A DNA stretch of 64,000 bases, from positions 48,532 through 112,531 of IMG/VR virus record IMGVR_UViG_3300034112_000721; one strand, 5' to 3'. The stretch's first letter is position 1. Each line of letters starts with the position of its first letter. The notes beneath the pieces are model-generated. The model had not been told where the DNA came from, ran no database searches, and saw only the letters and a list, made by a program, of their open reading frames with translations. This document shows positions 40,603 to 47,603 of the stretch, piece by piece. The position numbers and the translations under genes were made by a program. The stretch is from a virus.

Positions 40603-40856
40603 TACTTCATATTTAATAGCTTCTCAACAATTAATTGAGCAGCTGTAATTTGGCCAATTGCTTGATCAAATAATAAACTCTTTACTGGAGATTTAGATTG
40701 GTTATAATTTTCTTTTAACATCTCAGCTATCTTAGAAATTGATCTTCTTATTTCTAAAATTTCTTCTGTCTCTGTAAATTCTTCTTTATCTAAACCAACT
40801 AAGATATCTCCAAAAGAATAGATCTTAGTTTCTTTAAAAGCTACTTGCTCACTCAT
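40602..40856 (-). CDS. Hypothetical protein (weak Acb2/Tad1-like pattern)
   Basis: FG..LVGL...I..I....AE...A...I..AQ....K helical hairpin. Confidence 0.5.
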   Translation of the reverse strand: MSEQVAFKETKIYSFGDILVGLDKEEFTETEEILEIRRSISKIAEMLKENYNQSKSPVKSLLFDQAIGQITAAQLIVEKLLNMK

Positions 40857-41161
40857 AATCTATCAATTCTTCTTTGTAAATATACTAAAGCTTTTTGTAA
40901 ATCCTCTTTCTTACTAGAAGTTTTTTTACCCGCTCTTGCTAAATATTTTATAACATTCCCCAGATAGAAATCTTCATCTAAACCCCAAGCTTCTAATACA
41001 TTAAATACTTCATAAGTATTCCCTGCACCACCATAATACTTAGGCCTATCAAGATTTATAATTCTATCTTTTAATGGTATCTCTTTAGATATTATTCTAT
41101 CAAAAGGTGTACTCATTTTACTTTGATAGAGATCTTCTGATTCTTGTGTAAAGTTTACCAT
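40853..41161 (-). CDS. DUF3310-family protein
   Basis: P.YY...FYLGNVIKYL.RAGKK...EDL.KA..YL. Confidence 0.8.
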   Translation of the reverse strand: MVNFTQESEDLYQSKMSTPFDRIISKEIPLKDRIINLDRPKYYGGAGNTYEVFNVLEAWGLDEDFYLGNVIKYLARAGKKTSSKKEDLQKALVYLQRRIDRL

Positions 41162-41430
41162 ACAATTGCAATATCTCTTTCAGCAACCATTAACTTCATT
41201 CCATCCTCAAGCTCTACTGCTTCAGATGCTTGTAACCCGGTAATTCCCATGTACACTTTATCCCCCACCTTTACACTTGATACTTCATCCCCTACTGCAT
41301 AAACTTCTAGTTTAGTCCATGTCTTTCTCATATCCATTTCAAGTGCAAGCTTGTCAGCTTCACTTAATTCAAATGGAGATTCTTTTACTTCTGGTTTATT
41401 TAATAAAACCCTTTTTCCTTTTAGTTGCAT
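41155..41430 (-). CDS. groES: GroES-like co-chaperonin
   Basis: L.GKRVLL...V.AVG..V..VKVGD.V...ERDI; likely ATG start at 41430 rather than the TTG at 41535, which overlaps the promoter. Confidence 0.7.
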   Translation of the reverse strand: MQLKGKRVLLNKPEVKESPFELSEADKLALEMDMRKTWTKLEVYAVGDEVSSVKVGDKVYMGITGLQASEAVELEDGMKLMVAERDIAIVW

Positions 41431-41550
41431 TGTATTGGTTTTTAATTTTTCAAATAATTCTCTAGCTTGCAAGTTGTCTTCTGCAAGAGTAGTAGCCTTT
41501 TCCCAAAGTACTTTTTCTTCTAGAGTCACAGACAAATATAAATAAAAAAT

Positions 41551-41688
41551 TTATTTACCTTGTCCTCTATATAACTTTTTATAATTCTTGCTTGCTTTAA
41601 GTTTGCTAATTTTAGTTTTAGCATGTACTCCTGGACGGGATACTTTTACTGCAACTATTTTTTTTGGAGCTTCTTTTATTTTTGCCAT
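41551..41688 (-). CDS. Small basic protein ending K.YRGQGK, 45 aa
   Basis: Hand translation MAKIKEAPKKIVAVKVSRPGVHAKTKISKLKASKNYKKLYRGQGK; has its own promoter motif. Confidence 0.7.
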   Translation of the reverse strand: MAKIKEAPKKIVAVKVSRPGVHAKTKISKLKASKNYKKLYRGQGK

Positions 41689-41723
41689 GATATAAATAAT
41701 TAAGTACTATATAATATACTCAA

Positions 41724-42356
41724 TTATTCGTTATCATAAAACATTCTTTCTGAATCTTCTGTATGCCACTTATCAAATCCCTCACAGTTATAGTAATCTT
41801 TATTAACTAAGTAATCTGGTTTTTCAGGGAATGGTTTAGTTACAAAACTTGGTTCAGACCACTTGATTCTATTATTTGGTTGAAGAGCTATTTGTCCGTT
41901 GTCAAGTAAAATCACATGATGACTCTTGTGTTCTAGTGGGTCTTCTGCTAAAGATATGTCAGTATTAATATCTCCGCTACCCCAGTTTATTGTTGCATAG
42001 TAACTACCTGGGTAGAACTTGTGATCTTTCATATATACTTCTACAGGAGTATCATACAAATATGATAGATGTAACAAAGTAAAGTTATAAGAGAAACAAT
42101 TCCATATCTGTAGAAAGTGAAATGGTAGATCTGGATCTGGTAACTCAGGCTTAGTCAGTAGGGCATGGCTTGGTAACTTGTCTCTAAGTACGCCATTCTC
42201 TAACAATACCTGGAACAATGCTGCTTGTCCTGGTAGACATCTTACAGATATAATTACCCCCGGGGTAAATTCTCCATGACCTTTTGTACCTTGGTACATG
42301 TACTCATTCCTAACAAATACCTTGAGAGGAAAGAAGTTGTGTTCTATGTATGCCAT
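41724..42356 (-). CDS. Conserved hypothetical phage protein
   Basis: VR.EY.Y, G.....LP.HA, LQ.W.CFS and HK..H...L.NG..A.QPNNR pattern. Confidence 0.65.
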   Translation of the reverse strand: MAYIEHNFFPLKVFVRNEYMYQGTKGHGEFTPGVIISVRCLPGQAALFQVLLENGVLRDKLPSHALLTKPELPDPDLPFHFLQIWNCFSYNFTLLHLSYLYDTPVEVYMKDHKFYPGSYYATINWGSGDINTDISLAEDPLEHKSHHVILLDNGQIALQPNNRIKWSEPSFVTKPFPEKPDYLVNKDYYNCEGFDKWHTEDSERMFYDNE

Positions 42357-42799
42357 TATTTCTTAAAGAAGTTTTTCTTTGGTTGTTCCTTTGTACTAAA
42401 TCCTAGCTTTTCAATTATCTTGTTTGCTTCATCTTCAGCAAAGGTAATAGCTTCTTCTTCTTTATCCTTGATATTCCAGTTATTTAATAAAAGACTCATA
42501 TGCATAGTTTCATGCATAACAGCTGTGGCTTTCTCTGTAAGAGAGTATTTCTTAAATGTCCCTAGATTAATAAATAGAAATGGTTTGTATGGGGCTTTTG
42601 CTGTTAGCTTTTTATCAGCGGGATCATAGTTAGTAAAACCATAAATATAAACCCCATTGCCAACAGTCTTATCTACTTCTTCTGCCTTGGCATCTTTACG
42701 GTTTAACCCGTGCATTTCTGTAACGTCATAGTAATCAAATATCTCAGTAGCATTATTACCAGCTATTAAGATATATTTACCCATATCATACTCTTTCAT
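42356..42799 (-). CDS. Putative zincin metallopeptidase
   Basis: HETMH (HEXXH) followed by EEEA. Confidence 0.55.
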   Translation of the reverse strand: MKEYDMGKYILIAGNNATEIFDYYDVTEMHGLNRKDAKAEEVDKTVGNGVYIYGFTNYDPADKKLTAKAPYKPFLFINLGTFKKYSLTEKATAVMHETMHMSLLLNNWNIKDKEEEAITFAEDEANKIIEKLGFSTKEQPKKNFFKK

Positions 42800-42809
42800 A
42801 ACACTAGTT

Positions 42810-43415
42810 TTAGATATCTGTAGATTCTAGCAAAGTATAAGAAAACTTATTGCCATGTATCTTAGCTGCCCTTTTACATATGGACATAAACTCATTAAAG
42901 TCTTTTACTCTTTTAAACACTTGACATCCCTCACTCCAATTCTCTACCCATGTGCTGTCAGTACCTGCTTTGTGAATATTAATTCCAAATATGCCGGTAT
43001 CTTTTACCTTTTCATCAAACACTAAATCTTTATTAGCATCTCTCCATACAGTAACATTACCTAGTCTCTGGCATAATGCATCATATTTGCCCTGGTGTTT
43101 ATCAACCATCCATGTTGATCTATACTGCCCAGGTACTAGTCTTGCTACACCCTTGGCATTGTGGAATTGTTGTACTCCCTTTTTGCCCGGGTCAGTAGTT
43201 GCATTCCAGCAGAAAAAGTTCCAGTTACCTAAGCTATCCTTAAATGTAATGGTAATACAATCATCAAATACATTGGTTACTTTTCTATAAACTGCTGGAG
43301 AATTATTGCGGACACCCACAACATTAACATCATACCCTTTATTAGCAGCATCTTCAAACCACTTATAACCTTTAGCTTTTACAGCACGTTCTATTTGCTC
43401 TCTAGTATAACACAT
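42810..43415 (-). CDS. Putative peptidoglycan-active enzyme, YkuD/L,D-transpeptidase-like
   Basis: GINIH...WSEGCQ resembles the H..S.GC catalytic motif. Confidence 0.5.
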   Translation of the reverse strand: MCYTREQIERAVKAKGYKWFEDAANKGYDVNVVGVRNNSPAVYRKVTNVFDDCITITFKDSLGNWNFFCWNATTDPGKKGVQQFHNAKGVARLVPGQYRSTWMVDKHQGKYDALCQRLGNVTVWRDANKDLVFDEKVKDTGIFGINIHKAGTDSTWVENWSEGCQVFKRVKDFNEFMSICKRAAKIHGNKFSYTLLESTDI

Positions 43416-43438
43416 ATCCTTTTACTTTAATATACAAA

Positions 43439-43570
43439 TTATTTCCGGATACTAGTCTTACTATAAGCATCACACTTTTGAGTAGACTTACATCCCGTCA
43501 TAAGATACCCTATAGCCAAACCTATGCATATACCAAATACACATAAGCAAAATACTTTCCATTTTTCCAT
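43439..43570 (-). CDS. Small lipoprotein, 43 aa
   Basis: Hand translation MEKWKVFCLCVFGICIGLAIGYLMTGCKSTQKCDAYSKTSIRK; promoter motif upstream. Confidence 0.65.
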   Translation of the reverse strand: MEKWKVFCLCVFGICIGLAIGYLMTGCKSTQKCDAYSKTSIRK

Positions 43571-43879
43571 ACAACAAATATAATAAAATAACAAAGGCCC
43601 GGGCTTTCAACTCCAGACCTTTGTACCAGTATTAACCAAATAATATAGCATGACAAATATACAACTGTATTTTAATATTCCAAACCGGTGGTAAAAATAT
43701 TTTGTTTTAGAGATTGTTAGGGACCCCTAGTAGCCAGACCCCCCCACCTGCCGCGCTTGGTGCTACCCCCTACTTCTTTCTACTAGACATGTTGAATTGT
43801 AGAATAATTTGTAAATGTTTTACAGCTGGAAGTTTCTGGTACTTCTTTCTACAGATGTTGAATCATTAAAATTTTTATC

Positions 43880-44110
43880 ATGAAAAAGTTACTTGTTACT
43901 GTTATGTTCTTTGCTGTTTTGTTTGGTGTACCAATGATGTTTTATTGGGTAGTGTTCTATATATTATATATGGGCTTTGCGGTAGATATTGTTATTAGCT
44001 TCTTGATATCTCTTATGGGTAGTGTGACCATGTTTCTTGGACTTGTTAAGGTTGCTGAGAAGTTAGTTAATAAGGGTTTGGATATATACATTATTGATAT
44101 GAGAAGATAA
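43880..44110 (+). CDS. Small two-TM early membrane protein
   Basis: ORF track; promoter motif upstream and hairpin downstream. Confidence 0.65.
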   Translation: MKKLLVTVMFFAVLFGVPMMFYWVVFYILYMGFAVDIVISFLISLMGSVTMFLGLVKVAEKLVNKGLDIYIIDMRR

Positions 44111-44152
44111 GGGCTTTGCCCTTTCTTCTTGTACTTCTTCTTACTTGTTTAG

Positions 44153-44255
44153 AATATAACAAGGAATGTTTCCTGGGGGAGCAAGGCCAGCCGTGGCTAC
44201 TGCTTAATATACCTACGAGAGGAAGTCCTACGGAAACACTTGTTATATTTTTTTT
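44153..44255 (+). ncRNA. Candidate structured ncRNA 1
   Basis: AATATAACAAG/CTTGTTATATT and TGTTTCC/GGAAACA stems enclose two GC-rich hairpins; ends in a T-run; no ORF. Confidence 0.6.
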
Positions 44256-44297
44256 ATACTTCTTCTTACTTGTGTTAAACTATTAAAATTATTTATT

Positions 44298-44447
44298 ATG
44301 AAAGATTTTGTTAACTATTTGATTGCTGTTGTATCTATGGGTTGTATAACAGGTTTACTTGTTTCTATGGGATCTCAGATCTTATTAGCTATGGGAATTA
44401 TGTCTTTATTTTGGGCAGGTATGTTTGCGCCAATGTTAAGGGGATAA
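44298..44447 (+). CDS. Small hydrophobic protein, 49 aa
   Basis: Hand translation MKDFVNYLIAVVSMGCITGLLVSMGSQILLAMGIMSLFWAGMFAPMLRG; sits in a promoter/terminator cassette. Confidence 0.65.
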   Translation: MKDFVNYLIAVVSMGCITGLLVSMGSQILLAMGIMSLFWAGMFAPMLRG

Positions 44448-44499
44448 TTCCCCTTTTATACTTCTTTGTACTTATTAAGAACCAATAAAATTTTATGCT

Positions 44500-44574
44500 A
44501 TGGGAACTGTAACTTATGTTATTATCAATGGAGTTTTAACTGTTAAGTCTTGGGTAAAGAACCCCAATGCTTAA
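44500..44574 (+). CDS. 24-aa micropeptide MGTVTYVIINGVLTVKSWVKNPNA
   Basis: Only sizeable ORF between promoter motif 44459 and the terminator at 44586. Confidence 0.5.
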   Translation: MGTVTYVIINGVLTVKSWVKNPNA

Positions 44575-44585
44575 TGGTTTAAGTT

Positions 44586-44612
44586 AAGGGAGAGCAATCT
44601 CCCTTTTCTTTT
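44586..44612 (+). terminator. Intrinsic terminator
   Basis: AAGGGAGA-GCAA-TCTCCCTT followed by TTCTTTT. Confidence 0.8.
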
Positions 44613-44654
44613 GTACTTATTTATACATATTAGAAACCAATAAATTATTTACTT

Positions 44655-44822
44655 ATGGAAGAGACCAGATTAGTTATGACTTGGGAAGAATACAAGTTAC
44701 TATTAGATGTATTAAACCATGTATATCACCAGACAGATTACAAACCAATAAATGATTTGTATGTCAAGTTATACATGCAGATGAATGCGCGTAAAGTAGA
44801 AGATATAGAGTTACCCTTTTAA
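44655..44822 (+). CDS. Small early protein, 55 aa
   Basis: Hand translation MEETRLVMTWEEYKLLLDVLNHVY...VEDIELPF; sits in a cassette. Confidence 0.65.
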   Translation: MEETRLVMTWEEYKLLLDVLNHVYHQTDYKPINDLYVKLYMQMNARKVEDIELPF

Positions 44823-44846
44823 TAGGGTAATTCTTTCTACTTATTT

Positions 44847-44996
44847 AATAAAAGTTAGCCAAGGAATGTAAAGTGTTTTACCGGTGGAGAAAGTAGACTT
44901 TGGTGCTGATAATCAAGCACTTACAAAAAGCAAGTTTTTACACAAATTAATACCGCACAAAGCCTTGCTTATTTTGTCCTTCGGACAGCTTTTATT
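44847..44996 (+). ncRNA. Candidate structured ncRNA 2
   Basis: AATAAAAGTT/AGCTTTTATT ends pair; CAAGG/CCTTG; UUCG hairpin; shares CAAGGAATGT with ncRNA 1; no convincing ORF. Confidence 0.45.
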
Positions 44997-45044
44997 ATAC
45001 TTCTTTTTACTGTTTTAGATTATTAACCTTTTAATTTATTTATT

Positions 45045-45380
45045 ATGTCTAAAATTAATTTTAGTGAAACAAAGTCCTTGGTTGAATTCTTTGGTCAAAT
45101 ATCTGCTACTGATTTGCAGATTTGTCAAAGTAAAAGAACAGGTGGGTTATATGTAGTATTCAAATGTGCTGATGGTACAGAACAGAATGCTATGTTGGCA
45201 AAGTCTATATCTAATATAGATGCTAACAATGCTGCTGATTTGCAAGTATCTTGGATAGAAGGTACTACAGAAACAGGTAACCCATTGGAAGGTTTTATGA
45301 TTCATCCAACAGGTGAGCGTAAAGTTGTATCCAACTTTAGCCTTGCAGACCTTACTGCAAAGGTTGGTGCTATTGGTTAA
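45045..45380 (+). CDS. Hypothetical early protein
   Basis: ORF track; promoter motif upstream and terminator downstream. Confidence 0.7.
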   Translation: MSKINFSETKSLVEFFGQISATDLQICQSKRTGGLYVVFKCADGTEQNAMLAKSISNIDANNAADLQVSWIEGTTETGNPLEGFMIHPTGERKVVSNFSLADLTAKVGAIG

Positions 45381-45391
45381 TAGTACAACAA

Positions 45392-45425
45392 GAGATAGTG
45401 TCAGAAATGACACTATCTTTTTTTT
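45392..45425 (+). terminator. Intrinsic terminator
   Basis: AGATAGTGTCA-GAAA-TGACACTATCT followed by a T-run. Confidence 0.85.
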
Positions 45426-45716
45426 ATATTGCCTTCGGCAGCTTTTGTTTTACTTCTTTCTACTTAGTGTGGTAGGATATGTGTAGAGACAAGAACCTGT
45501 TATATGTATAATTTTTTTTATTTGGCTGTTACTAACCCAAGTTACTGTCAAAATATCTCTTACGCGCGTGTATGTTTGTTTAAATAAGTGATAGTATCTT
45601 GTTTATAGTAAACCTATTACACTATTCTCTACCACTAATAACTCTCTATATTCTATATATAATACTTTAGTATTATAACAAGATTTTATATAGCTAACCC
45701 TTTAATCTTATTACCT

Positions 45717-45944
45717 ATGCTTAGAACTACTTACTTCCTAATAGGAATGTTATTCTCTTCCTTAGTATATGCTCTATTACTCTCTATAGAAGAAACACAG
45801 AGAGAGCTTCCGGTTAAAGGTATAGACCGGGAATATTATTTAGAAGTTACCGGTGATAGTATCTTCTTAGAATCTAGACAAGGACAAATCTACCGTGGTA
45901 AGTACTCAGACTTAGACAGTCTTATTAATGTAGATAACTTGTAA
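45717..45944 (+). CDS. Hypothetical membrane-anchored protein
   Basis: N-terminal hydrophobic helix. Confidence 0.55.
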   Translation: MLRTTYFLIGMLFSSLVYALLLSIEETQRELPVKGIDREYYLEVTGDSIFLESRQGQIYRGKYSDLDSLINVDNL

Positions 45945-46059
45945 CAACTATGAACCACAGTATGAGTATTCTCTACTAACACATCTAGCGGACTGTGGTT
46001 TCCCGTTAAACTAATTACCTCTATATATATTTTATTAACCCGTTTAAATTTTATTTACT

Positions 46060-46200
46060 ATGAAAACAATTAGCATTGTTCTATTATGGTTTGCCTTTAT
46101 TGGTGCCGTTGCTTTTCTTACCGCTTGTAAGAGTGCTCATGTACACTGTGATGCCTATGGTAAGACAGAACAAGTTTCCCGAGATGATTCTGCCAAATGA
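46060..46200 (+). CDS. Small lipoprotein, 46 aa
   Basis: Hand translation MKTISIVLLWFAFIGAVAFLTACKSAHVHCDAYGKTEQVSRDDSAK; LTAC lipobox; ATGA overlap with the next gene. Confidence 0.7.
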   Translation: MKTISIVLLWFAFIGAVAFLTACKSAHVHCDAYGKTEQVSRDDSAK

Positions 46201-46439
46201 TATTTGACAGATATAAAACACTTGTAGAAGAAAGAGCAGATAATATCCTAATTCTAGATGCTCTTAAAAACTCAAATCAAGATCCAGAGATTGTATCTAT
46301 TGAGATCAGTGATCTTATCTATGAAATAAATTCATTAGATAAAAAGATTAACCAAGAGATAGCCGCAATATCTCTAAAGCTTATAGGGTCAGCCCTAATA
46401 TTATTTACAATTACATTAACATTAATTAAATTACTATGA
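46197..46439 (+). CDS. Hypothetical protein with C-terminal TM helix
   Basis: ORF track; overlapping start/stop. Confidence 0.6.
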   Translation: MIFDRYKTLVEERADNILILDALKNSNQDPEIVSIEISDLIYEINSLDKKINQEIAAISLKLIGSALILFTITLTLIKLL

Positions 46440-46714
46440 TTAAAACTATTATCTTAGCAAGTACATTACTGTTCTCAGTTATTACTGATGACAAGTATGA
46501 AGGTTTAACAAAAGAAGAGAAGAAATTTGTAAAGAACATTGAACTAATTGAATTAGAGGTTCTACAAAAGGTTTACAGAGCTTCCGAAAACACTCTTATG
46601 GTAGAGTTTGGTAGTATTAAATATCTCCTTAATTCTGAGACAGGTCATGTTGACAATGTCTGGGTTCTTGGAGATGATGATATAACCTGGGAAGAATTAG
46701 GTCCAGAATACTAG
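46436..46714 (+). CDS. Hypothetical exported protein
   Basis: Signal-like N-terminus. Confidence 0.6.
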   Translation: MIKTIILASTLLFSVITDDKYEGLTKEEKKFVKNIELIELEVLQKVYRASENTLMVEFGSIKYLLNSETGHVDNVWVLGDDDITWEELGPEY

Positions 46715-46722
46715 AAAGGTAT

Positions 46723-46796
46723 AGTCCCATAGCTCAACTGGATAGAGCAACACACTTCTAATGTGTAGGTTACAGGTTCGACTCCTGTTGGGACTA
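46723..46796 (+). tRNA. tRNA-Arg (anticodon TCT)
   Basis: AGTCCCA/TGGGACT acceptor, GCTC/GAGC D-stem, ACACA-CTTCTAA-TGTGT anticodon arm, ACAGG-TTCGACT-CCTGT T-arm; CCA not encoded. Confidence 0.95.
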
Positions 46797-46820
46797 CTTC
46801 TATTCACTAAAATTAATTAC

Positions 46821-47039
46821 ATGAAAGACAATAAGCTTATAACATCAGTAATGGGATTTGATCTTGAATGCAAAGTTCTAGATGAAAACAATCAACCAGT
46901 AAAACAAGGATTTACCACTGTTTACAAATTTAAAGGCGGACCAAACTTTAAAAACAGAATGATTAACAGAAAGTTTTGGACTAATTACAATGAGGGTCTA
47001 TTGAACAAGATTCTAGATTACAGAAGAAATAATGATTAA
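46821..47039 (+). CDS. Hypothetical protein
   Basis: Start moved to ATG 46821 so the gene does not overlap the tRNA. Confidence 0.6.
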   Translation: MKDNKLITSVMGFDLECKVLDENNQPVKQGFTTVYKFKGGPNFKNRMINRKFWTNYNEGLLNKILDYRRNND

Positions 47040-47454
47040 GACACACATACAATTTGATGAAACAGATGTTGCCAAGATACTTGAGAAAGTAATTACTGGT
47101 GATAACAAAGAAGAGATGATTAAGTTATTGACTCCAATAATATGTGAGGATAATAACAGTGTTGAGCTACTTACAAAAGTATACATTGGTCATCCACTTC
47201 CTAAAGTAATACCAGAGGGTTCCTTCTGTCATGTAAACTATGATAATCTTGGATACATATCTAACAATAAACAACAACTCTATCTAGATAACAGAGATGA
47301 GAATAACATGCTGGTTGGAATGGTTGGAGATTTCCGCGGTTATCATAAGGACATGTATAAGGTTACATTTAGACTTAAAGATGATAATGGTAATGTAGTT
47401 GAGGATTACAGCTACATAAGATCATATGAAATTGAAGTAATCAAGGAGTTTTAA
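47032..47454 (+). CDS. Hypothetical protein
   Basis: ORF track. Confidence 0.65.
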   Translation: MIKTHIQFDETDVAKILEKVITGDNKEEMIKLLTPIICEDNNSVELLTKVYIGHPLPKVIPEGSFCHVNYDNLGYISNNKQQLYLDNRDENNMLVGMVGDFRGYHKDMYKVTFRLKDDNGNVVEDYSYIRSYEIEVIKEF

Positions 47455-47489
47455 GATAGTGTATTCTGTGAATATACTTTTCCAATCCA

Positions 47490-47522
47490 AATAACAGGGG
47501 GTATTATTGCCCCCTTTTATTG
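47490..47522 (+). terminator. Intrinsic terminator
   Basis: AGGGGGTA...TGCCCCCT followed by TTTATT. Confidence 0.7.
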
Positions 47523-47603
47523 TTAGCTATATATTGCATTATTTTATTTTCTGTAAGCAGTTTTACTTGATATTATCACGTATTTTTACTACAGCTATAA
47601 TAA

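Larger units (their letters stand above)
43771..45466 (+). promoter_or_regulatory. Array of nine TACTTCTTYYTAC-like motifs (putative phage-RNAP early promoters)
   Basis: Copies at 43771, 43840, 44132, 44257, 44459, 44614, 44828, 44998 and 45451; the five that precede an ORF start 40-47 nt before the ATG. Confidence 0.7.

Noticed and set aside
1206-42629. Short plus-strand ORFs in the track across the late module, and nested alternative-frame ORFs such as 2286-2486, 22294-22539 and 29859-30194
   Set aside because: They are antisense or out-of-frame shadows of well-supported genes, with no motifs or leaders.
44153-44255. Hammerhead ribozyme
   Set aside because: GAAAC is present, but there is no CUGANGA core on either strand.
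43771-45466. CRISPR or mini-array reading of the TACTTCTT repeats
   Set aside because: The repeats are only about 14 nt and degenerate, spacing is irregular (69-453 nt), the intervals hold ORFs and terminators, and no cas genes are present.
46761-46820. N-terminal extension of ORF 46761-47039
   Set aside because: It overlaps the tRNA; ATG 46821 is the better start.
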